A stretch of DNA of 64,000 nt from Nemertoderma westbladi (taxonomy: Eukaryota; Animalia; Xenacoelomorpha), in assembly GCA_032718475.1 (NCBI GenBank), contig JAUCBJ010008562.1, positions 62,001 through 126,000 on the forward strand. Reading direction: 5' to 3'. A model generated the notes under the pieces. The model worked only from the letters and a program-made list of their open reading frames with translations. It searched no databases and was not told the DNA's origin. This document shows positions 34,812 through 47,163 of the stretch, in pieces. Position 1 is the first letter of the stretch, and the number at the start of each line of letters is the position of its first letter. The translations under genes and the position numbers were made by a program.

Positions 34812-37128
34812 TTATGTGAGACTGCTTGGTCTAACCCTCTGTTGCCCGTAGTTACCAGAACGTTCCCTTGCCAGTTCTAATAAACAAAGGCGTCCGATTG
34901 GTCGGTTGAAATAGTGTACTTTCGGTTTAGGTGTAGCTCTCCAAATAGCTAGTTCAACTGAGCGTACCAAACCATCTTTTCCATGATGAATTTCAGTTAT
35001 CCGGCCTGTTTCCCAGTTCTTTCTAGGTTGGTCTTGATCCACTAAGAGTACAATATCACCGACTGATACATTTTCCTTCTTAGAAAACCATTTAGTTCTG
35101 AGCTGGACCGACGGTAAGTAGTGTCTTTCAAAATGTGTAGCAAATCGACGTGATAGTAATTGCATCATTACATACAGCTCATCACCATCCTGTGGGTTGG
35201 ATTTCGATAACATAGTTACTGGTTTTCTTAGCATAAAATGGGACGGAGTTAGTGGCTCCATGGCTTGTGGATTAGATGAAACAGGTAAGAGGGGCCTATC
35301 ATTTAGATAACTCGCTATCTCCTCTAGAAGAGTTCGGAGTAGCTCGTTAGTTAGATAAGCTTTACATGGAATAATATGGTGTAACGCGATCTTTGTGCTT
35401 TTAATGAGTCGTTCCCAACCTCCGCCCCACCAAGGCGCGTCGGCTGCGTTGAACGTCCATGTTGATGCCGATACCCTTAGGTGTTCTTCAAGTTGTGGTC
35501 GTTCCAATCAGCGATGAATTTAGTTATCTCCTTATTGGCGCCCATGAAATTCATTCCCTGGTCGGATCTCATAGTGCGGCTGGTACCAAATCTACCAATT
35601 TGTCTTCTCAGGCAAAGGATACAACTTTTCATTGACATATCGTTAACCATATCTAAGTAAATGGCTCGAAAAGTCATGCAAACGAAGATGACACACCATC
35701 TTTTCACCATTGTACGGGCGCGATTGACTTCGAAGGGTCCGAAGAGATCTACGCCGGTGTGGGTGAACGGGGGTGGGTAACATTCGACTCGTTCCCTTGG
35801 GAGCGCCCCTTCTAGTTGAGTCATCGGCTTGCTATAATCCTTTTGCAAGGTATACAGTTTCGTAGTATTTGGTTGAGAGCTGCGCGGGGGTGTACCAGGT
35901 AATATCGCGTTCTGATCTCATTCAATATATGTTCCCTCCCGGCGGGATAGAATCGGTAATGAACGTCCTGTATCAATTTAATCTGAATTTCCTGGTCGAA
36001 TATTAATATGGGAAACATAGTATCTCTAGAGATCGGAGCGTTAGTGAGGCGACCTCCAACTCGAATTAAACCATTTATCATTATACTGGAAAATTTGTCC
36101 GCCAATGGAGTTAGGGAGTCACGCTGATATTTCTCAGGCTTCTCCAGTCTTTGTGAAACTCTCAATAACTGCAAATTTGATTTATCTACTTCATTAGCAG
36201 TTAAGCCTATCACAGGTACGGTTTTAGTACTGTATCAATAGTGAAAGAGTTGTTTCAGTATGGTTATAGCCCTACTCATTTTGTCCCACGAGCTAATGGT
36301 TCATCGCTCGAGCTATTAGCGGGGATAAGCCCATATCCACATTAGGTAACATTAGTTGGTCAGTGGATTTTTCAGGGTCATTAACGGTAGTGTTGGGCTG
36401 GAAATCAATATTCGGGGGAAGGTTTGGGATTTGACTATCAGTTTTACTTACGTAATTGTTGGTTGTTATGTCGACAGGCTTTAAAAGTTTTGACTTAGAG
36501 GGCCTGGTTTTTGGCTTAACGATTTCTAGACCCTTGACTTGTCTCATTTCCTCGGGAGTAATATGATGAGGCCATTGGTCTTCCGGTTTGGAAAGGAAAT
36601 CGGGTCCCTTCAACCAACATGTTGAATTTAAAAGGTCAGTAGGGACGCACCATGGGAGGGTATGTCAGCCGGGTTTTGAGGTCCGGGAATGTACCTCCAT
36701 TGTTCTAACTTGGTGTGGTTGACTATTATTTATACTCGGTTTGTAATGTTACACTAAAACCGCAGACGGTGTTAGTCAAGGATTCCAGCACTATGGCTGC
36801 GTATGTCCATAAAAAAAAATTGCAAAGTCGGTCTCGTCCAGAATATTTTTGGCAACAGTAGTTGCAAACAGTGCGGCCTTTAGTTCAGCTCTCGGCACTG
36901 TTAAATCTTTGCTTTTTATCAAAGATTTGGACGCGACTAGGGACACCCGAGTATCTTGGGGCGTAGTGGCCCTATAATAGGCTATGATACCAATGCCCTT
37001 GTCACTGGCGTCACCAAATACATGCAATTGATAAGTGTGCGATGGCAGAGCATTAGGGAAATAAGCTCTGGTCACCCGAAAGTTTTCAATATCGGGTAAG
37101 GCATTTTCCCACTTGAGCCAGTTATTTA
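34812..37128 (-). pseudogene. pol: Second, related BEL/Pao pol fragment (RNase H-integrase), degenerate
   Basis: HVFGDAS, VPRAELKAA, KPKTRPSKSKLLKPV, GVDLFGP, PWWGGGWERL; many frameshifts. Confidence 0.9.
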
Positions 37129-37129
37129 A

Positions 37130-38369
37130 CAGAAAGCAGAAATATCTTGACCATATAACCAAGTCAAATATCTTTCGACTCGACCCAAAATGACGACGAA
37201 TTATCCCTTCTGAAATATATCAGATTGTGGGATTACTCCGCGAATTTACAGCGGATTGTGAGATCACGTTAGCCCATGTAAAGTTATTGCTTCTGTTCCC
37301 ACATCAATCGTGGTTAGCGAACCTCAACCGGGAACATCTACTGGTGGACCAACCGTACGAACTGTTGTACCCCCTTCTGACTCATTGGAACTTCATGCTT
37401 CCGCCACTGAGGGGCTGGCTACAAGTGCAAGGTTCTCTGCCTCCGGTACCTGGTAAGCCATTGTAGCCGAAACGTCGCAATCGACCCCCAAAAAGAAAAA
37501 GAACCCGGAAATAAATGTTATTTTATTGGGTTACTTTTTATTATACATGACTTATATTTCTACTTTATATTAGGCGTAAAATAAGTACGTGGTATCCCCA
37601 ATAATTCATTTAGCTTATTTGTTCACGAGCTGAGACATTTTATATGTATTGGATATACTCTTTAGCACTATAGTTTGCTTATTTGGAAGTAATTGGTACC
37701 CAATAATCCATTTAATTTGATTTGTTCACGAGCTGAAACCATTTGTATTTGTATTAGATACTCTTGGCACTATAGTTTGCTTATTTAGAGGTGATAGATA
37801 TTCACTAATCTACTCGATTCAATTTGTTCACGAGTTGAGATTTTTTATATAATTAACTACGTACGCTTTGTATAATTCCAGTTTGGTATTGATAACTGAA
37901 CTATTTACTTATTAGATTACTTTTATGTACGAATTTGAACTTCGGTCTTGACTTTAACACTCTGGTAGCTAAATGAATGGAAGCGGTGTTGCTGCAGTTA
38001 TAAATCCTGCCTTTAAAATTACTTATTTTACCAGTTTACCTAAAAAACTGTATTTTTATTGCTAAAAGATCAGTTATGGTGTTATATTAATTATTTCTTG
38101 TGGATTATTCTTTAGTAAAGGTTCTTACGTCATCTAGTGCTATTATACCTATATTTGAACTGATTCATTCGTGTGTTTGGGAACATCAATGGAGTGAGTG
38201 CTCTCTCATTGGCCCAAAATTATTCTATTGGCCTTCACTTAGTATATAATATTCGTTGTTAGTTTATCCAACCACTTGTAATCAGAGCACTGCTGAGAGA
38301 TTACTTTCTCATGCAGGCCTCACAACTGCTGGTCAGAATACTGACAGCGGTGTTTATTATATGTCTTCA
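37130..38369 (+). mobile_element. 3' end of another plus-strand LTR-type element: ORF remnant, tandem repeats, promoter
   Basis: Broken frame with EPQPGTSTGG and PKRRNRPPKRKRTRK* (~37514); ~103-bp repeats 37590-37850; ATTGG boxes 38208/38227, TATATAA 38243, TTAGTT 38259. Confidence 0.5.
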
Positions 38370-41300
38370 TGTGGGGCGAGCCACGAAGTGAATGAGCCTT
38401 AGCGTAGGGGTACCATTAATCAACCTGTGGGGCGAGCCACGAAATGAGTGAGCCTTAGCGTAGGGGTACCATTAATCAACCTGTGGGGCGAGCCACGAAG
38501 TGAGTGAGCCTTAGCGCAGGGGTACCATTAATCAACCTGTCGTTCTGTCGCGTTTTTTTTCAGTATTTTATTTTAAACGTTAATAACTCGGCCAATCCTT
38601 GATGAAATCTATCCAAACTTGGTACACATGTTGTTTGGCAAAAGTTTGAAAATTTTCCAAGTAGAATTTGCATGGCGCCTTCGTGCAGCATCAGTGTAAC
38701 TGTTATTGCAGTTATAATAAATTTATTTATCCAAATTTAAAATGCGTTAAATTATTATTACTGTAGGATAAATCAGCTGGGTTTCTGACAAATTTTGCAA
38801 TACATTGGGGCTGTCTGCCAATCTGCATGTACCATGTGTACCGGTACTGTCAGGCTGTACTCAATCCCTGAATCGAGAATCCTGCAATCAGTCAATACTG
38901 CAATACTGGTCAGCCGGTACCATACACTGCAGACATGCCATATCATGTAATCTAATTAAACATGGCCCCAGCAACCCTTGCAGTGATTATAGTTTAGACC
39001 TAATTAGCCCATTACCGGCACCGGTAATAATAATATAATAGTTTAGATAGTTACCGCTAATCATTCAGTCATTGGCATGGTACACCGTATTGCTGTACTG
39101 CCGTTGTAGTGCGCACCGTAGGTACCACCCTACTACCGGTACCGGCTGACCGGTGGCAACTAGCACTTCAGCACTTGCACAGCAACAGCACTACCGGCGA
39201 TACACAGGTTGGAATTTATGTAGAGTTTGCTCAACAGTCCAGATATAAAATAGTTATCTAAATTATATATATTACTATTGACAAGTATTGAAATATATAC
39301 CGTTATTCGTGTTATCAGTATTTGCAACATCTGACATTGAAGAGGTGAGAGAAGATGAATACCGGCACTCAACAAAACCAACGCTTATCACAGGTCGGTA
39401 TGGTTACCTCGAAACCGGCGCGACTGTCCACTCGAATACAACTTCAAAACACAAACACCAACAATAAACGGAAAGCGAATCGAACGTCTTCAGAAGAATC
39501 TGTCATTGGGACGAAGAAAAGGAAGCCGAAACCACGGGAATGGACCACAGCTAAGATTGAATGCTCCCATTGTCAGAGTTCCTGGACCGAAATTGAAACA
39601 CCAATTGCCGATGGGCTTGATCTCTCAAACCAAAACTTCCTCTGTGGGGTTTGCGCGGCAGTAAAGATTGAAAGTGTGGAAGCTGGCATCCCTAGGTATT
39701 ATTATTATAAAGAGCGTCAGCCTGCGTTTAATAAATATATTTTAATACAAAACAGGTCGAATGCAAAGAGGCTTATAATGAAGACGAGTACTGCATTAAA
39801 CGGTTCAATAAACGGTGTTAACAACCCAAGTGACATTGCGAATAACTTCGCCAAAATTTACAAGGAATTGTACAATCAGAATTATAGCGGTGACACAAGT
39901 GTTGATGATATCGAAAATGATATAAATTGTAGAATTAGAAACCTAATTGGTAACAATAATGTATCGGGTACAAATTGTGCAGGTTATCGAGAGGTATTGT
40001 CGCCTCGTATAATACACGAGGCATTGTTGCGTTTAAAAAACGCCAAATCAGATGTCAGTTATAGTTTTGACTCAGGGTCTTTAATTAATGGTGGCCATAT
40101 TCTAGAACATCATTTATCTATATTATTTAACTCTTTTCTTTCGCATGGATTGGTGTCAAAGTGTCTTTTATTGGTTTCTATTATTCCGATCATTAAAAAT
40201 AAATTAGGCGATATATCTGATGATAAGAATTACCGTGCAATTGCAATATCTTCTTTGATTCTGAAAATTTTTGAATGGGTATTATTATTAAGTGAAGGCG
40301 ATAAGTTATGTTTTGATGACTTACAATTTGGGTTCCGTTCAAATTCTAGTACTGTAATGTGCAGCTGGTCGGCTTCGGAAGTAATCAATTACTATATGAG
40401 ACACTCATCGCCCGTATTTGGTTGTTTGTTAGATTTTACAAAAGCGTTCGACCTTGTTGAATGGCCAAAGCTGTTCCTTGAACTATTAAAAAAGGGTTTT
40501 TCAGTTTTATATTTAAGGTGCCTCATTTTTATATACAGAAACCAAGTTTGTGCAGTAAAATGGTTGAATTGCAGCTCTTTTAATTTTTTAATTTCTAATG
40601 GGGTCAGACAGGGTTCTGTTTGCTCGCCGACATTGTTTGCTCTGGTGTTAAATATTCTAATTGAATCTCTACGTGACTCCAAAGTAGGTTGTTTTATAGG
40701 GAATTATTATTTTGGTGTTTTGGCATACGCCGATGATGTATTGTTATTGTGCCCATCTGTGGTTGGATTGCAATATATGGTCGATTTATGTCAAATTTTT
40801 TGTGCTAAATATAACTTGCGATTAAGTACAAATGTTGATCAGGATAAATGCAAATGTAAGTGTATACCATTTCATTTTAAGTGGAGTCCACCCGGTGCTA
40901 GGATTAGAGTAGGTACAATTCTTCTCCCATGGGCAAGAGAAGCTGTTCACTTAGGTATTACACTTGACTTTAAATGCACTTTAGCCAAGGACATTTTACG
41001 TAAACGCGGCCAGTTTATTGGGAAACTCAATAACATTAGGCAAGAGTTTGGCTTCTCGCACCCTGGTAATCTAACATATCTACAAAAGTTATACACTATG
41101 TGTTTTTATGGTAGCAATGCATGGAATTTATGGTCCGATGAATGTTCTAGAATCTTAACCAGCTGGAACATTAACGTTAGGATTATATGGCAGTTGCCTT
41201 ATAATGCTCATAGGTATATTGTACAAGAAATTGTAGGATTTATACATCCATGGGTTATTTTATGCAAAAATTTTGTTGGTTATTGTAGGTCTATTTTTAA

Positions 41301-43466
41301 TGCTGATAGGATGTGTATTAGATTCCTAGCTAACTTAATGCTATTTGATTGTAGGAGTATTAGTGGAAGTAATTTACGTCAGATTGGTAATGAGTGCGGG
41401 GTGTCGGATCTATCGTTGTTGTCCACCCGTACTGTAGACAATAAACTATCATATGTACGCACTCCGCCGGGTGAGGAGTGGAGAGTTAATAGCTGCAGAG
41501 AAATCGTAAACTCAATTGTAGGTGTAACTAATATACCTGGTTTTACGCATGATGAGCTTAGAGATATTTTGAATTATATTTCTTCCACTTAAAGGACTAT
41601 AGCTTATTTGTTATACTTTCTTTTTTCTCTTTTTCTTTTTTCTTTTTCTGTTTTGTTACGTTCTGTGCGGTTTATATTAAGTCTTGCTGTAATTATTGTG
41701 CCTATCTTTGGTTCACGTGAAATTTAAATGTAGCTAAATTTATATATTATGCACTATTATCACTTTGTATGTACGCTCTACTGTACCTGTGCTATTTACT
41801 TGGTATTGCTGTACTTATATGTGTTTGCCCACGTTATAATGTACGAATAGAAGAATAATAATAATAATAATTGATTATATTCCTATAAACCACCTGGCTT
41901 TGCATATTGAACGTGCGTTTGGAAATAAGTTTGTGCTACCCTTCCGTGGGTGGTAGATGTCGCGGTTATGTATTGGTGGGTGGGGGGAGGGGGGGGGGGG
42001 TGCAGATTAAAAGGGGTGAACACGTACTGTCCCCCTTTCTTTGATTAATTGGTGGTGTGGGTTAATCTCTCATAACCTGATTTTGTGATACAGTCGCACA
42101 ATTTTAATTTGTATCTCATAACTGGGCCTCGTGCTGCGCGAAGGCCCCACGAACATGTCGTTCTGTCGTTCTGTCGTGTTTTTTTTTCAGTATTTTATTT
42201 TAAACGTTAATAACTCGGCCAATCCTTGATGAAATCTATCCAAACTTGGTACACATGTTGTTTGGCAAAAGTTTGAAAATTTTCCAAGTAGAATTTGCGT
42301 GGGGCCTTCGTGCAGCATCAGTGTAACTGTTATTGCAGTTATAATAAATTTATTTATCCAAATTTAAAATGCGTTAAATTATTATTACTGTAGGATAAAT
42401 CAGCTGGATTTCTGACAAATTTTGCAATACATTGGGGCTGTCTGCCAATCTGCATGTACTATGTGTACCGGTACTGTCAGGCTGTACTCAATCCCTGAAT
42501 CGAGAATCCTGCAATCAGTCAATACTGCAATACTGGTCAGCCGGTACCATACACTGCAGACATGCCATATCATGTAATCTAATTAAACATGGCCCCGGCA
42601 ACCCTTGCGGTGATTATAGTTTAGGCCTAATTAGCCCAGTACCGGCACCGGTAATAATAATATAATAGTTTAGATAGTTACCGCTAATCATTCAGTCATT
42701 GGCACTGTACACCGTATTGCTGTACTGCCGTTGTAGTGCGCACCGTAGGTACCACCCTACTACCGGTACCGGCTGACCGGTGGCAACTAGCACTTCAGCA
42801 CTTGCAAAGCAACAGCAACAGCATTACCGGCGATACACAGGTTGGAATTTATGTAGAGTTTGCTCAACAGTACAGATATAAAATAGTTATCTAAATTATA
42901 TATATTACTATTGAAAAGTATTGAAATATATACCATTATTCGTGTTTTCATTATTTGCAACATCTGACATTGAAGAGGTGAGAGAAGATGAATACCGGCA
43001 CTCAACAAAACCAACTCTTATCACAGGTCGGTATGGTTACCTCGAAACCGGCGCGACTGTCCACTCGAATACAACTTCAAAACACAAACGCCAACAATAA
43101 ACTGAAAGCGAATCGAACGTCTTCAGTAAAATCTGTCATTGGGACGAAGAAAAGGAAGCCGAGTACTGCATGTACTGCATTGATTATATTCCTATAAACC
43201 ACCTGGCTTTGCATATTGAACGTGCGTTTGGAAATAAGTTCGTGCTACCCTTCCGTGGGTGGTTGATGTCGCGGTTATGTATTGGTGGGTGGGGGGAGGG
43301 GGGGGGGGGGGGTGCAGATTAAAAGGGGTGAACACGTACTGTCCCCCTTTCTTTGATTAATTGGTGGTGTGGGTTAATCTCTCATAACCTGATTTTGTGA
43401 TACAGTCGCACAATTTTAATTTGTATCTCATAACTGGGCCTCGTGCTGCGCGAAGTCCCCACGAAC
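38370..43466 (+). mobile_element. Tandem non-autonomous Helentron/DINE-1-like element (units ~38538-42155 and 42156-43466) with triplicated 56-bp head
   Basis: 3 x 56-bp head; (GTTCTGTC)n microsatellite; inverted GTGGGGC/GCCCCAC ends with a GC-rich 3' hairpin; near-identical shared sequence between the two units. Confidence 0.6.
39355..41592 (+). CDS. LINE (RTEX-like) ORF1 zinc-finger N-terminus fused in frame to reverse transcriptase; endonuclease absent
   Basis: CSHC...FLCGVC; NYRAI, QFGFR, DFTKAFD, GVRQGSVCSP, YADD, HLG, FYGS..W; (AAT)n tail at ~41855-41870. Confidence 0.8.
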   Translation: MNTGTQQNQRLSQVGMVTSKPARLSTRIQLQNTNTNNKRKANRTSSEESVIGTKKRKPKPREWTTAKIECSHCQSSWTEIETPIADGLDLSNQNFLCGVCAAVKIESVEAGIPRYYYYKERQPAFNKYILIQNRSNAKRLIMKTSTALNGSINGVNNPSDIANNFAKIYKELYNQNYSGDTSVDDIENDINCRIRNLIGNNNVSGTNCAGYREVLSPRIIHEALLRLKNAKSDVSYSFDSGSLINGGHILEHHLSILFNSFLSHGLVSKCLLLVSIIPIIKNKLGDISDDKNYRAIAISSLILKIFEWVLLLSEGDKLCFDDLQFGFRSNSSTVMCSWSASEVINYYMRHSSPVFGCLLDFTKAFDLVEWPKLFLELLKKGFSVLYLRCLIFIYRNQVCAVKWLNCSSFNFLISNGVRQGSVCSPTLFALVLNILIESLRDSKVGCFIGNYYFGVLAYADDVLLLCPSVVGLQYMVDLCQIFCAKYNLRLSTNVDQDKCKCKCIPFHFKWSPPGARIRVGTILLPWAREAVHLGITLDFKCTLAKDILRKRGQFIGKLNNIRQEFGFSHPGNLTYLQKLYTMCFYGSNAWNLWSDECSRILTSWNINVRIIWQLPYNAHRYIVQEIVGFIHPWVILCKNFVGYCRSIFNADRMCIRFLANLMLFDCRSISGSNLRQIGNECGVSDLSLLSTRTVDNKLSYVRTPPGEEWRVNSCREIVNSIVGVTNIPGFTHDELRDILNYISST

Positions 43467-44046
43467 GTGTATCAATGCCTTTATGTCTTGTAATTATAAT
43501 TTGCCCTTGTAATCTCATTATTATTTTATATTCTGTCGTTAATCTTAGTTTGCTCTCTTATCGTTGATTATACCGCCGATATTACGTAATCAAGGAGGTT
43601 TTACACGCGCCAACCACAAGGTGGGTCTTTGCAATTAAGTGGTGGCGATAAGTCAATGGCAATATACCAGACCGTTGATATAAGAAAGTCCTTTATTATT
43701 AATTGTATCACGATTTTGAGAGTTGTCGTAAGTTAATTACGATAGAAATATTTATATAATCATACATAAAGACAAGTCACTATACGTTTCCCCTAAAGGG
43801 AAACACAAACACCGAACTTGAGACCTTACAGAATTAATTAGTCAGCCATTTACTTGTTATACTTTGTTGTCACACCCTCCCGGTATGGTATCTCAGTTAA
43901 ATACAATAGATAATCAAATATCGTATCGAACCAAATAAGTTATAGAGTAAATCAATACATGAGAGGAAGGGAAAGGGGACGTAATGGATACAGTGAGCGG
44001 CCCTTGTTGACAGGTACACTAGCGCAATCCCGTTTATTGTGTCAGA

Positions 44047-44579
44047 CTAGCAGTTGTGCGAAGCCCTGAATGCATGGATTCTCTGCACGGAATCAAACAA
44101 GTCAAAAATATATGAAATTGAGATTGAAAGAACATAATTTACTAAAAGCGCTAACAGACTCTGGTGTTTCGAATTCCCAGAGTCGACGACCTTCAAAATA
44201 AATTCGCGGGCTTTCTGGAGGTTTCGGGGATCTGTGTCCCTTTTCACAGTTGCCACAACTTCTGTAAATTGCGACCAACAGAGCAGTTGGTTATTTGGTC
44301 CCAGGCAGAGACGCAATGACAGACGAGTAACCATACCAGCGGAATTCTCTGCGGAAACATATATATCGGAACATAGTAGTGCTTCAACCAAATGTTTATA
44401 CGACCGATGAATTTTTCCTGATAGAAAACGAAAAGTACCAACTCAAGGGTTTTCCGTTTAATGAACACTTCTATCGATTCTACCGACTGAGTCCATGGCA
44501 TATCGTGAACCCAGGAGTCGATCCCAGCATCGAGTTCAAGGATCCCAGCTACCAAGTCCTTTGAATTCAATGAGCTCAT
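44047..44579 (-). pseudogene. Frameshifted coding fragment of unknown identity, possibly DNA-transposon-derived
   Basis: Two overlapping co-oriented ORFs (111 and 114 aa) with globular composition; no diagnostic motif. Confidence 0.3.
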
Positions 44580-45072
44580 TCATAACATTACTTTACTTTT
44601 TACGCAACATTACTTACCGGTACTACTATAATTACTTTCGGTTTGGTGTTTCTTTTGTTGAGTACGGGGTTCCATAAGCTTTGCCTTTGTTTTTGGCTGT
44701 CTTATACCATAAACTAAATATTGTGTTTTGGTTACATTCAGCCGTTCTGTAAGCTGTGTTGCTGGTGTAAACCTTTAATGGGGGTAAACTGCAATATGGT
44801 ATTTAAAACAGTAAAAAGGTCTGGTATACTTCACATTATTGACCTGGAAATGGCTTCTTAATTCCATGATTAAACTGGACTCAAAAATTCACATTTGAGC
44901 TTGGCATCTGATGGATTCAAATTCATCTCAATCCATAAAACCATTTGATGCCGGCCATAACCCAAATTTGCATTGGCATCAAGATTTTGAACCAGACTAT
45001 AACACTAGTCGCTAAAAATAGGTATTATTGTGTAGCGGTGCGCTTACTGTAGTTTACTGAAACATAATTATT

Positions 45073-45204
45073 TATTACATGGGAAAAAAAGTACATCATT
45101 TTTTCATTATTCTCGAGGCATTTTATTTACCGAGCGCCATCGAGGTCAATAAACGGTCGAGATAATATTGAAAAAAAATGTTCTACTTTTTTTCCCATGT
45201 AATA
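45073..45204. repeat. Imperfect foldback palindrome
   Basis: TATTACATGGGAAAAAAAGTA...TCTCGA // TCGAGA...TACTTTTTTTCCCATGTAATA. Confidence 0.8.
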
Positions 45205-45791
45205 CGTAATTTTATTCTTAAATTGGTACTTTTTTGCTGCTTAATTCTTTAATAAAACGTACAGCGATAGAGTGTTTCAAAATATATTAAACTGTAGTAT
45301 TTTACTATATTGCTTGATTGCTTCCATAGTTACTGCAATTATAATTTTTGTACTCTTTCAACTCCTGATGCTGCCTTACTCAATGTTAAATAATTTAGTG
45401 TTATAGAATATTTATTACGTAACTAGACAGCCGCTTAACTACATAAACCAATATTGGATATTGAGTTCCGTTTTGGAGTACGCCTTGCAGTCACTAAAGG
45501 TGCAATAACTTTTGAGTGTGAGCATGGATTTTGCTCAAATTACGTGCAAACCATTTCTACGTCAATGCTCTTTGAACACATGTAATAAATTTTAAGAAAT
45601 TCCACAAAAAAAATTTTATTTTACATTTTTCGCGGGGAAAAAAAGTAAAATCAATGCAATCCTATGGGTTTCTTTTTTCCCAAGGGAAAAAAGTGAAAAT
45701 TTTTATCCCGATTTTGGGGTATATTCGAGCAAAAAAGTAACAATTTAAGAATAAAAATATTTTATATGTGGACCGTGGCTTTGACCTCTTA

Positions 45792-46005
45792 GGCCGCGTT
45801 CACACTACCGAGTCAAAGTCAAAAGACAAAATGTAAATCACATCACATGAAATTAAATTTTTTCTACAATGCCCTTATGTATTATATCAGGCCTATGTAA
45901 TATTATTCATTGTGTGTAATATAATGTATTATTATTTATTATTGCTAGCTAACTATATTTATTTTCTTTTGACTTTGACTTTGACTCCGTAGCGTGAAGG
46001 CGGCC
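45792..46005. mobile_element. PIF/Harbinger-type MITE
   Basis: TIRs GGCCGCGTTCACACTACCGAGTCAAAGTCAAA / TTTGACTTTGACTCCGTAGCGTGAAGGCGGCC with TTA on both flanks. Confidence 0.85.
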
Positions 46006-47163
46006 TTAGATTGCTATCCGTGATTCAGGGTTCTGATTTCCTGGTCAGCCTAATTTTCTACATTCAGTCAGACTGCGGAATTGAGTACCTATTCAGTTAT
46101 TACTATAATAACGTTGTAATACAATTCTATTGGTACTTATTCCAGAAACCGTAACGTCATTTTAGTAAAAATATTACATTAACTTTTTTTTTACTACAAT
46201 CAATCCAATTATGTAATTAGAATAGACAACAAAAACCTAAAGGTAAGAAATTGCAGTTGTCCTTTATTTGTTTCTACCTCCAGTATATTTACAGTAGATA
46301 ATATTATTATACCGAGAATCTTGGTCATCGCCCTGGTCAGTTTCACACCAGCTTATTTACTTTAGGTTTATATATCGCAAATCACTCATGGAAAACGTGA
46401 TATTCTCTTTATGTGTTTGGTAACAGTTCCGTATAGCACTACATTTTATAACATAAATCATTGTTACCATGGCAACATTGCGGAGTTCTAGAACAAAATA
46501 TTAATATTATACACAATTTTAGAACGTAAATGAAATAAAAAATATAATTTTCTAGAACATAGCTAGTTATTTTTCAAATTTAAAATTAAAATTAAAAGAA
46601 AAATCAAAAATTTTTTGGAATTGCACACAAGTCAAATTAAGTCAAATAAAAGACAGGTATGGAGAAAAATAAGAAAAATATATGACGCCAGAGCTTTGTG
46701 TGAGGAGTACATTAACTATATGAAGATAAATTCTCCAAAAAAACTGACAGAATATATGTAGAGGCTACAGATAAGAAATGGAAAATTGAACGGATTCCAT
46801 GAGATATTAGAAGCCAACAAAATCCAATACCCATACATTAATTAAAAGTAATAAATATAATAAGTTATAAATAAACTAATTAGTTTCATATCTGTATGCA
46901 AAATCTCGTTACTACTGTGATTTGGGAACACCCCCCAAAATTTTTTATAATAGCTAGTTTTTGTTACTTTTTTTTAATGTTCTAGAACATATTGTCTATT
47001 CATTTTTTATATTATTTTTGTTCTAGAACAAGTAATTATCTTTCTAGAACCAAATTAATTAATCAGGTTCTTTTGATGTTATCGAAGATGGTATTTCTTA
47101 CTTTTTAAAACGTCTATTCATTTTTGTAAAAAGTAATGTTCTAGAATAAATATTTTTTGTTCT

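Noticed and set aside
38370-38540. 3 x 56-bp repeat as a CRISPR array
   Set aside because: Whole units are near-identical; it is the head of the adjoining mobile element.
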